This document shows, one piece after another, positions 23,863-38,998 of a stretch of DNA of 64,000 nucleotides (position 1 is the first letter of the stretch; each line of letters opens with the position of its first letter). Source of the DNA: Geosiphon pyriformis uo1 (lineage: Eukaryota; Fungi; Glomeromycota); the NCBI GenBank assembly GCA_016748015.1, contig JAAOMT010000507.1, forward strand, positions 1 through 64,000, read 5' to 3'. The translations under genes and the position numbers were made by a program. Under the pieces are notes generated by a model. It did not search any database. It was not told the origin of the DNA and saw only the letters and a list, made by a program, of their open reading frames with translations.

Positions 23863-26800
23863 ATTTCTTCAGAGTCTTATAATCTTCTTCTTCGCGGTTC
23901 TTTAGATAATTGAAATTATTTGAGAAGCTACGTGAGATTAGAAAATAATAATGAAAATTCTCCGATCTTTTCATTTATACATGTTGCGAAGCTCGCGAAA
24001 AAAAAAAATATACCAAAACTTAACAGGCTGTATGATTAAAATTTGTTTTCGGAACGCTTTATCACCCGGTTTATAAACCATAAATGATTACATAAATGTA
24101 GTTTAACTTGATTCCATTCAAAACGCTTCATAGAATTTCAGCATCTAAATTAACAAAATAACAAACAATTTGAAATTTTTACAATCGAACCCCACATCAT
24201 GTGGCAAACGAAAAATAATGGATTTCGAATAAACATGAATCAAAAAACGGAGCAATTCTTACATTCTAACGAATCAAAATTCCCTAATTGATCTGACCTA
24301 CGATTAGTTTTTTGACTATATCATGTGATCTATAAAAAATACACCAAATAAAGAATTAGGAAAACAAAATGAATTATAAATATTTGGAAGTTAAAGCATT
24401 TTTAGAAAGGACTGGCAGTAAATCTTCTTATAATGAACTTAAATTATCCAAGAAAAACTTGGCCTAATTGTGCTTTTTTTAATCACGCTATTAAAAAATC
24501 TCGCAAATATACAGGAAATCGTGAAAATAATTGCATCCTTTTATCGGAAGAAAAGTTCATAAAGTTCATAAAGTTCTCACGATTAAACTTTGAAAAATAT
24601 TTTCATAATTAAATTTGTGGTAAAAGTGAGAACTTGCCAGCCATGATCTGAAAATAAAGAGGAATGCCAAGGCTAATCATAATATCTTTTAGGTTTACAT
24701 GTTTATTTATATTAAAATGATGAAATTTGAACAGAGTTATAAAATAAAACCAAATCAAATATTTGTAAAGATTCTACCGGGTTAAGATCTGTGTGAAATT
24801 TTGAGGTATGTAAAGAAATGATCTAATATTTTTGATATTCTATTATAATTACCTGAAAAAGATATTATTAATTATAGAAAAAATAATTTTAACTTAAAAA
24901 TTTGGTAATATATACATTTTTATTCAAAATTTTCATAATTATTTACATTTTCATCTTTAGAATGATCAAAACATTTATTAAATAATAAACAAAAAAATTG
25001 AAAATTCATATTTTAAAATGTGTGTTTTTTGTTTTTTTTACAGTTCAAATCTTAATCTTATTGAAAATATTAATTTAAAACATAACGTAAAAAAAAACTA
25101 AAAAAGTTATTATACAAAAAAATTTAGTTTCCAACTATTTATTAGTGTATTAAAGAAGAATAAAAAATTTTTGATAAAAAGATGATAGTTAATAGTATTA
25201 ATAGCATATAAAAGTTATATTAAAATATATATTAATTCAACAATGATAAAAATTAAAAAATATCAATAAAAAAATTGTCTGCGATTACTTTTGCTGATGA
25301 ATACAGTCTCCCACTTGTTTTTTTCATTTAATGTGCACAATATTTTATTGCTTTTAAAAGAAATGAAAAAACAGAAATAATTTTTTTATTTTATCTGTTA
25401 AATTTTTTGCACACAATCCTTTGCCTTGTTGGAATCGAAGGATAATCAGGATGCCAAGTTAAAAGGGATTAATTGATTCGGTTTAGCTAAATTGATATTA
25501 GGCTGAATGCTATAAACATGTGGCGATTTTTTTGGGATTGAATCAGTTTCTTAGCAATCGTTTGATGTCATTTTTAATCAATACGGTCCACAAATAAATT
25601 ATTTCAAAGTGTCAAGTAATGACGCAAGACAGCAGGGCTGTTAAATTTTTCAAATATAAGTTTATATATGATTTATATTTCTTATAGTATTCTTTTATTG
25701 AGTGTAACCTTATCGAAAATCACCCGAATGTAATTTATTTTTAACTTTTCCATACTTCTCACTTTCTAGTTTTCAGTTTCGAACAGTTTCCATAATTTTT
25801 GACATTTTAAACTTTAAACTTGTTAAAATTAATTATAATAATTATGACAAATATTTTTTATAAAGAGATTTTAAATCAAAATTTTTTGTAATGATAATCA
25901 GTTTTTTTAAATTAAATAAATAAAATTTTAATGATATTAATTATTACTAATAAGATTAATGTTTTTGTTAATTTAAGAATACAAAATCATAAATAAAACT
26001 TTAACTTAATTATTGATATAATTTTTTATAAATTTATTAAAATAATAAGCAGATTTTTTCAATTCATTTAATAATCAAAGAATTAATATCTAAAGTTTTG
26101 TTAAAAAATAAATGATAAAAATTAGTATAAAAATCATTAAATTTAAATTATTTTATTTTTAGTGATTTTATAATACAAGGTTAATTTTTGAATGTTGCCA
26201 ATTAATTTATTTGTAGCATTAAAATTAATTTTTGTAAAACTTTGCTATTTAAAAACTAGTTTTAAAAACAGAAGCTTCCCAACTAAAAGATTATATATTC
26301 ACTGTTCTAGATAGGCACCAACTTTGACAAAGTGATTGGTCAATTAAGATAGAACAATTCGAAGATCGCGGAAAAATATTACCCTCACGTTCTACACCCG
26401 AAATAGAATGAGTAGCAGGAAATTTTCTCCATGCATGAGAGCGCATGCGTTTCGAGTAATTATTTTGAAATTTTCTATAAAACAGTTTGTATTTTACATG
26501 TTCTTGGTGTGGTAAAGATAAAGATCAAATTATGAAACCAGCATGTCAGATGATGCCATCCCTTTCACTGGCAATATAAAGAAAATGCGATGAGCATCAT
26601 GTGACTGATCCAACACGAAAACTTTTAAAGATTCCCAACAATACCTACTGATTTTTGATTGACATCTAATTTTTTTTGCTATGATACATGGAGAAATCCT
26701 GCATTTGGACCTGAATTTGCTGACTCATGTCTGTCCTGTACTAGACAAAAAAACCAAGATGACGAGATAAAACTTTGGCGAGAGGCTAATAATGGGTACG

Positions 26801-28672
26801 AAGACTGAATTTGGTTCAGGTTCGCTGATCTTATAAGAGATAGTGCCGTTATTTTTATCTCCTTGAAGCTGAAGTCCTACCTAATATTTTAATTGTAAAT
26901 ATATAATGCTTCGTGGAAAAGAGTTCAACATTTACATATCCACGTGATTAACTTGCTAGTTTTGTTAAATATATAGAATGTACATACATAGCCTTTTACT
27001 CGTCTTAAAAGTAAATATGTTATGCACCCCGGTTGGGAATTTTGGACAATCCCTATTTACCGATATCACGGATTTGAATCCCTCTAGAATATTTACTAGC
27101 ATCGCCCAATAAATATGTCTATTCTACGATCTTAATCGGGAAGTATTATGGAGCATCATTAACTCAAAGCCTTTTAAATCACATGAAAAACCTCTTGACG
27201 AGAAAACGGCCCAAGATTTCTGAAACACAAAAAATGCTAATAAGGTGAAAAATAATCAAGCTCAAGAACCTGTTATATTTAAATCTAGCTGTATTTGAGA
27301 TTTAAGACTTAATTTGAATATCCCTAAAGATGCATAATATTAAATTATCTTTATTTTCCAGACTGAAAAATTTTTACCGGCTATGATCCAATCTGGCCAT
27401 CTTTGTCCTTTCTATCAAGATGTTTTTGAGGTAGATTAATATTCTTTTATACATACGCCAATATTTTTGTGTAAAGTTTGCATATTTTTAAAATAATAAA
27501 CATTTAACCCATTCTCTCAAAAATTTAATCTCTTAAATTATGGCTAACTCGATACTTAACTTTTGTGATTGTGTGAAGAAGCAAATAATCCTATGATTTC
27601 CAATTATGAATCATAGTAATCCTTTGATCGCAAGTACAAACTTAGAGATATGAGTTTGAAAACCATCTAAACACAATGATCCCTAATTCTAGGTCACTAT
27701 CAATATCCCTTATTTTCTTGTTTAATTTCGAGACTGTTCCAAAATTAACTCGATTAATTTTAAAAAGCAAGAAACAATTATTAATTAGGAAAGTTTTATC
27801 TGTTTTCAAAAAAAAATTTGCCTAATCAACCAAGTAAGCGTCTTCCTTCAGCATCCTACCAACAGACTATGAAAATGATAGACAAGTTTTCCTTTTAAAA
27901 AGATTTCTCATTTTGCTTTTAGTTCAACATTTTGAAAACCTTAAATCCAAAAATAACAACTTTAATAAAGTAGCAAGGATTACATAACTTGAAAATGTTC
28001 TCGAGAATTCTTTTCAAGCGGTCCCAACGTTGATCAGATGAATGAGCGTATTTAGTTTCACATGGAATTAGGTTTCTCAAAATTATGCCCTACCATGGAA
28101 AATTTTAAATCTGTTACATTTATGATACAAATTAAAGAAGTAGTCCAACCATTTTACCTAGTAGTAACAGTATTACACCAGAATAGACCACATGGCCTCA
28201 TATTGCGAATGATGGTGGTTATTCCTATTGTTAAATTAGGATTCAATTCAAATCAAGTGTGGCCCTGTTTCAACTTCAAAAATTCCATCAATGTCAAACA
28301 AACAACGCAAGTGAGGCAGGGGTACGTGGTACATACCGTAATAGTCCATTGCCCAGCAGTTTCTCTTATGAATTCGATAACCCGAAAAAAAGTTTTATTG
28401 TTTGCCAGGATCAATTAATTTGGGAGTTGATTTAATCACTCTTATCAGTCTATGACTCTAATTTGTTATATGGTAGGATAAGTCCCGAATTTGCAGAATA
28501 TAATTTTAGTTTTACAGGGTAAAATTTAATTTTTCCATAATGGTTCACGTTCCAAAGATAAAATATTTTTAAAATGAAAAGCAAAAGGATAGCATTGAAG
28601 CTTAAAGTTTTATAATTGATATTGAAGAAAATTATGTGAAATGGTACAATGTTGTAAGTTGGAAAAAGAAAA

Positions 28673-29642
28673 CTAAATTAATAGCCACGAATAAAAAATG
28701 ATTCCCACCAAGAAAGACAGGCTCAATGTCATGCTATACGAAGAATCAAGATGTATTCTATTTGCAAAGTTTGTTTTAAATGCTTTAGTTCCGCCACACA
28801 GAGTCGTCAGATTTTGAATCGGTGAGATAGATGAGGTTACATCATCTTCTACAAGTTTGATAGGTGAAGGATTATTACTGACGAAATCGACCCAAACTTT
28901 TGCAATCCTTGAATAACAGTCGCTACAAAGAATCTTTTGCGGCAGACGAGTGGAGGTGGATTGAGAACCATTGCTTCCATAACTTATATTCATGTTTGGT
29001 GGTGAAAGTTCAATATCAAATGGGATAAGAAGGGTTGACTCTTTGTTGATTGTAACAACAAACTCTGACGCTTGTTTTCTCACGTCAAGTACACAAAAAT
29101 CTGAATAAAATATCAAAGAGTTTCTGGTTTAACTTTCAAAAGAATCTCAAAACTAAAATACAATTTTTTCTTTTACCTGTTGAATTTTTTAAACAATTTC
29201 CTTGTCTTGTTGGAAGAGCAGAGAAAACACCATACCAACGTGAAGCAATTAATTGGTTCGGATCAGCTAGATCAACATCAGTCTCATTAAGGAGAACCTC
29301 TTCTGCAAGCATTAACTCTTTTCCACAATCTTTCTGAATTTGCCTGTTCAAGTCCAAGACGGCTTTTTCATCACAATTCTGCGCGCAACCAGCTTTTAAG
29401 TCCCTTTGCGCTTGTGCCCCAACTAAATCTAGTCCAACGAAAATAAAACAGGGCTTTAATTGTAAATCTTCGGAACGGAATATGGTCGCTTGGCATTGGG
29501 TGCAAGTATTTACTTTGAAATATGATTCACAACTAGTCGCTGCATAAAAAGGAGTTACAACGTTGGAGGAATTTTGCGCAGTGATCAAGCTTGTGAAGAG
29601 TATTATAGCCACAAGAAACGACAATAGTAAGGGAGAGGTCAT
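28673..29642 (-). CDS. Cys-rich secreted protein with a C-terminal hydrophobic (GPI/TM) tail; exons 29642-29177, 29100-28673
   Basis: Signal peptide MTSPLLLSFLVAIILFTSLITA, motifs CTQC, GCAQNC, CLKNSTDFC and LCSDC, hydrophobic C-terminus LSLSFLVGIIFYSWLLI. A GT-AG intron joins the ORFs in phase. Confidence 0.85.
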
Positions 29643-32600
29643 TTTAAACTGTTGGTTTTTTTTGCTCTTTGTGAGAAAACGATACTCATATATTAAATAT
29701 GTATGCAGGTAAATGGTGTAAATGTGATGGTTCTCCTTAGCAGTTGGGCTGATATTTATCTAATTCCGCGTGCCGGTCGCTATGTACAAAATAAAGCTTG
29801 CATCGCCGTATTGATCTTCCTTATTTAGCACAATTGTTAAATGGTATGGTGAACAAATAAATTATTTCAAGCGGTATGACACACTGGGGCATACTAAATA
29901 ACTTAGCATTCTTTTATTTTTGCCTGTTGACCCAGGTTTCTCAAATATAGTACGATCAACCTCTCGCATATCTAAAAAAGAAATTATCCCCATGCTTAAA
30001 CAATTTCTGTTTAGGAAAACCTCAATTATCGTAGAACCCGCTATCTTATCAGACTTATTCGTGTTACTTGCCTCTTATTTCATACCAATCAAAAAAAAGG
30101 TTTCAATAAGAGATATTCTTTTTTAATTGGAAATTATTGTCTCATATTGTCAGGGATAGATTAGGAAATGACTAAAAAATTTAGCATATTATCTCTTCCT
30201 TTTAGAATCAAATTCAGATTATACATGACTGAATTTTGAATACAAAACTTGAGAAAATGGACTTTGAAAGTCAAGAAATTCGAAAAGGTCAAGGGTCCTA
30301 TTATAATTTGGGATAAATCAGACAAAGGGAACATTTGTGGCTTGACGATTAGTATCATAATGCTTCGAGGTTCTCGCGATCGTTCCGTTTACTGTTTAGC
30401 TCTTTTGCTTTCTCCTCTTCCTTTTTCGTTTGCGCACGCGCATACCCCTCTTAGCAAAGGATGCAACCACCTAGGCGGCCAGATGACTCATCAGTTAGTT
30501 ATTGAGAACTTCTCCAGCGGACTTTATCCTAGATCTGCGTAAAGGCCAAAGAAACTCTTCTTAGTGCCAAGACTAATCCATTTGTTTACAGTCCTAATGA
30601 TCAGATTATTGCCATATGTTATTAAAATTTCCTGCAGAATCAAGCCCAGCAAAAGGCTGATAATTCATTTTAGGGGAATGTTGGCTTGAGAACATCAATA
30701 TAGACACGCAATTTCCGAGAAGAAGGTTGACTAAGCTGCGATATGTATTAGCAATTATCCCTTTCGTGTTTTGCACATCCTCTCTGTGCAAGAGTCCAAG
30801 AGCAAGATGAAGGGCACGAAGGTCTCGGATGGAATGCTTAGTGGATGACTGGCATTCAAAGAGATTGCAAATGGATTCTTTACATTGAGAAAGTATTTGA
30901 AGATGCTCTTTATGACTTTTGGTGTAAAATGCAGTCATAAGCAGTAATTATCATCGTGACATTTGGACTATTATGAATCATTTAAAACATAGTTTATTTT
31001 ATAGCTTTATAATGGAAGGAATTTTCACAAAGGAGGTTGAAAATCATGATTTTCACAAAAATTACATAGAAATTTAAGTGAAAAATACCTAAATTCGCAA
31101 CAATCAATAATTGGCATTAAGGAAAATAATAATATAGAATTTTTATTATTAATTATAACAAATTATAATATTTCAAAATTTTTAAAAATATTAATTAGAT
31201 CAAAATTGGATTATAAAAATATTAATGAAAATAATTAATTAAGGTATATAATTTAATAATAATTGGTTTGGTATATTTTAAATAAAATTATTAAAATTTA
31301 TTATTTAAAATTATAATAATTAATATAATAAATAATTTTGATAATATATTTCGAATTATATCAAATTATAGTTTTTAATTATTATTAATATTTTAACTTA
31401 AAATATTTATTTATTATACTTTTTTATTTTTTTATTTATTAAAATATTAATACAATAATTTTTTATTAAAAATTTTTTTTGTATAATACAACTTATCTTT
31501 AAAAATTTATTCAATAATTTAAAGTTAAATATTATTGGTTATATAATATTTTTATATATATTTTTAAAAATATTTTAAAAATATTTTAGAATACAAAATA
31601 ACATTTATTGTAATATTTTTATGATTTGTAATTATAATAATATATTTTAATGTTAATATTATAAACTATAACAAATATTTTAAAGATTTATTAAAATCAT
31701 TAAAAATGGATTAATTTACAAAATACATATGATTATATTGAATTTAATATTTTATATTATAAGTAACAAGAATTAAATTAATTGATGAAATTAAAATAAT
31801 TTAACAGAAAAAAATTAAGAATTTCTCTTTTTCATTAAGAAAAGTATTGTTATTTTTTTATTAATAACAATTGATAAAATGAATAAATGAAATTTTTGAA
31901 AAAACAGCAAAAGAATTAATTATGCAAGATGTAATTCACAATCAACATAAGTAATTGGTGTTATGCTAAAAAGAGTAAAAATTATGAAAAGCACAAATAA
32001 TAATAGTTACACTAAGTATAGAAAAGCAATTCTTTTCGAAAATTACAAGTATAGAAAGAATTTTATGAAAACTTTTACTAGGATTTAAGCACAAAAATCT
32101 ATTTTATAAAAAAGCTTTCGGGATTTCATAAAAAAAGTCTAATTAAATTCGGGTATTCTTTATTTACTGTAAAAGTTCACGTGATGTTAAAACTAATTCA
32201 GAGAAGTTCTCTTTATGATGTCACGATTCAGATGATTATTATGTCATCATTGAAAACCTTATCAAGAAGTTTACTTTGAGGGTCATATTTAATAGCGCAA
32301 TCGCGTGCACCATACTTTAATTTGTTTTTGTAATATCTTTCTGCCAAATTATATTTTTTGGTATTCGAATAAAAAGGAAGGATTCAAATGAGCCTGATAT
32401 CAAATATTCGAGATTGAATTATGGATATGTTTCAAAGGGGACCAATTATAATCATTTGTATCTGGAAAATTAAAATTGGAGGAGCTTTTATTATATCTCT
32501 TTGGTTCCAAATAATACAAAATTCTCATGAAATAATAAATAAATTTAATTGGTTGGATTAGCGAGCGAATATTCGGATTTTTAGAAAAATCTTATCGGTT

Positions 32601-33299
32601 AGTTTCTAGAAGATAGGTGATTTTATTTGAAATATGTAAATAGTTACTTTTCTGGTAATTTCAGCTTTGTCTAATTTAAAAAGAATTTTTATCAATGCAG
32701 CTAATTGTAATCAAAATTCAGTTATTATTGATATTTTTTAATAAGGCTAATCATCAATGCCAGCAAAAAATTCAGTATAAAAAGCACGCTACGTTATATA
32801 TAATAAAATTTATTGCCGTTAGTGATTCGAATATGGAATCATGTTGTTTGAAATATTGATCCTAACTTCAAGGACAAGAATAAATTTTATGCTTGAATTT
32901 TGAATTTTCTCACATGAATAATTTAAAAAACTTGAATTGAATTCATATATCATTATTGTGTATAGTTTATATAACAAAATGAATAAAGTTTTATTTCAAA
33001 TAAGGTTTTACTGTAAAAAAAAATTATTCATTTTTATTTAGTTAATAAATGTAAAAATATGAAAGTTTTTAACCATTTTTATGAAAATTTTCGAAAATTT
33101 AATGGTAGGCTTGAGTTAAAGTATTGTTAATTGAATTATTATTGCTTGATAAAAATTTTATGACCGATTCAAAACAGCTAATAATAAAATATTATGTTTA
33201 CAACTAGAGCTAAAGCATTTTTTGGTTGTTTTTAAAGCATTTTTTCTTTTTTTAACTTAATTTTTTTTTCAATTAAAGTTATATTCAAGTAATATAATA

Positions 33300-36200
33300 G
33301 AAACAGTCTTAGTATTATTATAATCTTCATTAAAAGTTCTAAAGTTTTTAATAACAAACCAGTAGCAATGCTATTTTTCTTTCCAGTTATTATTATTATT
33401 ACTTTTTAAATGGCCAAAAAAATAAAATGTCCAAGAAAAATTATTATTACTATTGATCTTAAAAATAAATTTTTGAGATTCTAGAATAAAGTTTTTTTTG
33501 GCATTTTCTAAAACACAAGTTCTGTATTTTGTAAGGACTTTGAATTATAATTATTGTTTTAAAACCAGTTTTGCTTTTGAAAAATGTAGCTTTAATTTTT
33601 AATTTGATATTTAATCATAGTAATTGATTTCAATCCAATTGCAAATATTAATACTCTTTTAAATTTGGGCAACAACAGCAATAATACATTTATTAAAAAA
33701 AATATAATTAAAATTTGGTTGTGTTGTTTAATATAATTATTTTTGACCAATTATTATTTATTAAAAAGGCAAATCAAATTATATTTTAACATATACTATT
33801 ATCAAAAATATTTAATTGTCTTTAAAATATTTTTATTGATTTTATTTTTAGTAACTAAAAAAGTTATTTTTTAAATATTTATAGCTTAATATAAAAAATT
33901 AACTGTTAAATATGTTTTTAGTATAATTTATGTAAAAATATAACTTACTTACTTTAAAAAATAATCTTTTCAATAAATTTTTTTTTTATATTAAAAAAAT
34001 TAATTAATTTTTGTTTTAAAATTATTATTTAAAAGATTGTAACCAAATTTAAGTATTTGTAATAATAATTCTAAAAATAATATTTTATATAAATATTTAA
34101 TTTTTATGTTAAACAATCTATGTTTTTAATAAACAAAAAAATATTTTTATCAAAAATAAATTTGTAAAAAGTTTTTTAAGTTTAAAATATAAATAAACTA
34201 ATTGATTTTTGGAAATTAATAGCTAGTTAATTTTAAAGATTATTAAGTTTATAATGTTTTATAATAAATTATCAAAAAAATATTAGCTTTATTTGTTTTT
34301 AATAAATAGTATTTAGTTTAAGTACTAAAAATTTTAAGCTATTAATTATTTAATTCAAAAATACATTTTTTTGCTGAAAATTTAATTTAACAACAAATTA
34401 TTTTATAAGGTCTAATTGTAATTAATTATTTTTTCTAATATTATTAATACCAAATTATTGTTAATTTTATTGCTAATAAAAGCTGTTAAATTTTTAATAA
34501 GCTAATTTATTATCAAAGTATCTTTCTATATTTTGGGCTATTTATGCTATTGAGTTTATAATAAAATAATCAATTATTTTATAGTAAAAATCAAGAATTT
34601 TTAATCATAAACTCTTTATTAATATATAATTAATTTTCTATAAAAGCCAATTTATTTATAAAAAAATCTTGATTGTAGATTACTTAATAAAAATAAAAAT
34701 AAATAAAATAGTGTTATTAACAAGAAAAATTTCTTCTGTTCAAATCTAAAATAATTAAATTATTATTGAAATTGATAACTAATTGATTTCAAAATATTAG
34801 TCAAGATTGTAAATTTTTAAAACAGTTTAATTATAAAAATATTTTTGGTTTTCAAAATAAAAATTTATTTTGTTAATTTAAAACTTAAATTGATAAATTA
34901 ATATATTTTCTTAAAAAAAAAAAGCCATTTTTTTATATATTTTATTGTAATACTATTTTGAATTTTAGCAATTTTTTTATTAATATTTAATGAAATAAAT
35001 ATATATTTTGGTAAGCTATCAATTATTTCTGAATATTATTGAATATTTTGGTAAACTGTTGAATATTTTAGCAAATTTCTTGATATTTTGGTAAATTTTT
35101 AAATGTTATATAGTTTAGAGTATTATATAATTTGAGATTTATATTTAATTATACTTATGTATTGTATAATATTATATGCTAATTAATAATAGAAATTATA
35201 AAAGTAATTTTATGTTAAATAAGAACTCAAATTTTATCTGATAAACCATCTTACATTTTTTTATATTTTAAGTAAAATTATTTTTTTATAAAAATTTTGA
35301 ATATTTTAGTCAATTATTCAATATTATATAGTTTGAAATATTGTATAATTTTAATTATTGTATTAAGTTATATCTGTGAGATTATATGAATTAAATTATT
35401 AATTAAATAAAAATTATTTAAATATTTAATTAATAATAAAAATTAAAAACAATTTTAATTAATAATAATATTTTATCTCAATTATTAAATATTATTATTT
35501 ATTTTAAAATCCAAAAATACTTAATATTATTATTGTCAAAACTAATCTCTTGAAAAATTGTGTTTAATAAAAAATTTTTGGTTGTTAATATTGTTATAAA
35601 TGCCAAAATTTAAATTACTTGTCTTTAATTTGTAAAACTATTCTTTTTGGTGCGTTAAAAAGTTTGTTAAATTATTTGACCCAAAAAACATTGTATTAAT
35701 TCAATTTGTTAAACTTGTTTTATATGTATAAGCTATTAGTTAATTCACTAAGCTATCAGTAACTGTTAACATACTTAATATAAAAGCTTTTTTTTAAAAT
35801 ATGCTTATAGAAATAATAAGTTCAATACAGAATTTTGTACTTTAATGGCTAATAAACTTTTTACACAAATTAAAAAACAGAATTTTTCTTATAACACTTG
35901 TCTAAATTATTTGTTGATCTAAACTACGTAATAAGTCTTATGAAGTGTTTTAGGACCATAAAAGCATTTAAATAAGTTTTAGTGTTTAACTTATTATAGA
36001 TTTAAATAATTGGTCATGTGTAAAAAGTGTATGAGCCATTGTTTATATGAAATATGCATATATTAGATGTATTTAAATAGTGGTTAAATTACACTTTGTT
36101 AAAGACTAAAAAAAATTGAGTAATAGTTTTTTAAATAGTTGCAAACAAAAAACAATTAATAACATATGTTTCAATTAAGAAACTTTATATTTATTATTTA

Positions 36201-36560
36201 TTATTAACATAAAATTTATGCTGAACATGGTTTTTATATAGTTTTAATAATAGATAAACAACCAAGTCAATAATCAATTAACAATTAAGTTAAAAACTCT
36301 TTACAAAAATAAATTGATATGCTAAATCATTTTTTAAGCTAAATACAAAATAAAAATAGGTAATTTTAATAATAATAATAAATCAAACACTAATATTTAA
36401 TAAATACTCTAATTTTAGACAAGATATTTTCTGAAATTTGCAGAATACTATTTTTCAAAAGAAAAATATTTAAATTACTTGAATGTTATAAATTTAAATT
36501 AATAGCTATGTAAAATATCAAACTTTCTATTGCTCTTATAGGCAATAAAAATCATATATT
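33300..36560. mobile_element. Extremely AT-rich, hypermutated repeat relic (boundaries approximate)
   Basis: 35560-35720 aligns by eye with 57645-57805. 36001-36037 aligns with 58278-58314, where all 9 mismatches are transitions. Confidence 0.6.
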
Positions 36561-38998
36561 TTGAAATAATATTCAGATTAAATGAACAGAAAACTACTAA
36601 AATTTCAGGTCTAAAACAGTTTATAAGTCTTTTCGAATAATTGGCAAATTTATACTGCTAATAGAGAACAAATTATAAAAGAATCGTTTTCAAATCTAAG
36701 GTGTGCAATTGAATTGATAACTCTTTCCACATTCCGTGGCCATTGTTTAAATAATTGAGAAAATTATTCGATTACCATCAAAAACATTTGTAAGAGATAT
36801 TTTTAATTGGTCTTGCTTTTATGATACTATAGAAAATTATAAAAAATGTCAATATAAATCTTATTTTCTAAAAATATAGTTGTTTAATGCTAAAATTGTT
36901 ACATTTGATTAAAAAAATTGAGGAATAACATTTAACAAGAATCAGCTATTTTTATTTCAGAAAGGCCACATTCATTAAAGATAATATTGTGCCTGGATAC
37001 TGAAAAGAATATTGGTTTATTCTGGTTTTTATATTACAATCCATTTTTGACATAGTTTCAATCGAAATTTGATAAATAAATTTACCCGAATTGAGGCATA
37101 ATAATATCCTAAGCGGTTCAATTAAATATCGGCCAGATACTATGCTCAGTTTTCAATTTGATAAATTCTTTTAATAGTTCATTATTAGAATAGTACTTTT
37201 TATTTGTCCTATAAATTCAACTTGTTTGTTGATATTAGGAAAATACTAAGATGAACCAAATATTTGGTTATGTTTCCCTATTAATAATAAAATTTCTAAA
37301 ATATGCTTTCTATTATGAGATCTATTTTAATTGAAATTAAATTTATCATTCTACCTTAAATACCTGAAACGTGCCATCAAATTAAAAAAGAAGATAAATG
37401 TGTGAAATTTTTTTTCAGATCTTATTTTCCCAATGTATTTAATTTTAAACTCATCATGGTTTTAATAATTTAATAATCAAAGTGTCTCCTACCAAAAATT
37501 GTCACATTTAATTATTAGGCTTTAAACTTATTGTTTAAAAAAAAGAAGAAAAAAGGTATAATCTTGTATTAGATCTGATTTAAGCTATAAGCAATAATTT
37601 CATGAAATTTTTTTCATTGGAAAGCATGGTATTATTAATTTTTTTCCACCCATTCCTTTTGATTGAAGATATATAAAAACTAAATATCTCCTGCGTTTAT
37701 ACAAGAGCAGAAATGCTACAAATATTAGTGAGTATCACCTCTGGAAGGTTTGCCCATTCTTTTTTTACTAGCCCAGTAAAAATTTCTAGAGACGCAGTTT
37801 TTTTGAGACCATTCCTTTTACTTTTCTCCTAAATTATACTTAAACAGTCAAATATTCTCAATAGAGTTGAGGTCTAGGCCACAGCAGAACACAACATGGA
37901 AGTCTTGCTTGGAGGCGAAAGACATGCTTGGGCAGAATGGTGATGTAGTCAAGGCTTGAAAGCTTGTCCCGGACAGTTTATTTGCCGACTTCGAATCCTC
38001 AATGCATTTCTCTGAACGCTTTGGTTTCCGTGCAAGATTTTGTCGATCCGGCGATGTTTGCAAGAGGTAGTTTGGCGATTTTGGCTGCATTGCAGTGAAC
38101 ATTGCGTCAAAGGTACTTAATGACTTCCCGGTTCGATTTTACAGGGTTAGGGTGCATCAGATAGGTGAAAAAATGGGTAAAAAGACAGAATAGGTAGCGG
38201 CAGGAATAAATGTGAGGTTGTGACATCAAGGTATACAAAATAACATTTACGTGCCGGCCTTTTCTGGAAGCGGCAAATTTTGCTAATGGTGTTGCCGCCA
38301 TGATTAAAAAAAATTGATTTTAGAAACATTAATTTTTTACCCTACCTTTACGAAAGCAATAGATTCGAGTTGCTTTGTGAATTAAAGAACCAAGAAAAAA
38401 ATTCAGAGTGATATTTGTCGAAATAGCTATTTTAAATTCAAAGAACTCATTCGACTAATCAATGCTTTGTATGTGAAAAGTTTTGTGATCTCGAGAGGGA
38501 CCGAGATAAAAAAGATTTAATATTCCTGGGGTATCACAAGATATCGAGATGAATTTATTTTGTCTTTTGCCATGTCCTCCTTTCTGGAGCTCTTTGGTTT
38601 CCAGATCGATCTCAGTCTCAAAGCTGAAATAGAAATTTTACTCCTCTTTCGTTTTGGGTCATGAGGGAAAAAATCTGATATCATTCGAAATTCTCAATTT
38701 TACGGCGAAAACCAACCAAAGCTTAGTGAAACGAGAATTAAGTAACTAATCTCATTTATGTTTCGACGATATGATTGGGTTAAACTAAAATATATATTTC
38801 CAAGCTAGCAGCTAGATAACTGAGGTTTGAAACGTTGAAAAGAGATGATGCAAAGAATATGAAAATTTAAAATCTCGCTATCTTCACAACATATCTTGAT
38901 CCATGAAGATGTCAGACTTCTCAAAATTCCCACAGTTCCCTAATTAATGATTTTTAGTAAAATATCTTTAGAAAATTGTTATTTTTAATCATAATATT

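Noticed and set aside
26280-28420. Moderately GC-richer stretches with short ORFs (including 28062-28418)
   Set aside because: No consistent frame or family motif found; at most unassignable pseudogene debris.
37900-38300. Faint histone H3-like words (KICRFQK, IAKLP, TILPK)
   Set aside because: They lie in different frames with wrong spacing and no histone-fold core; likely chance.
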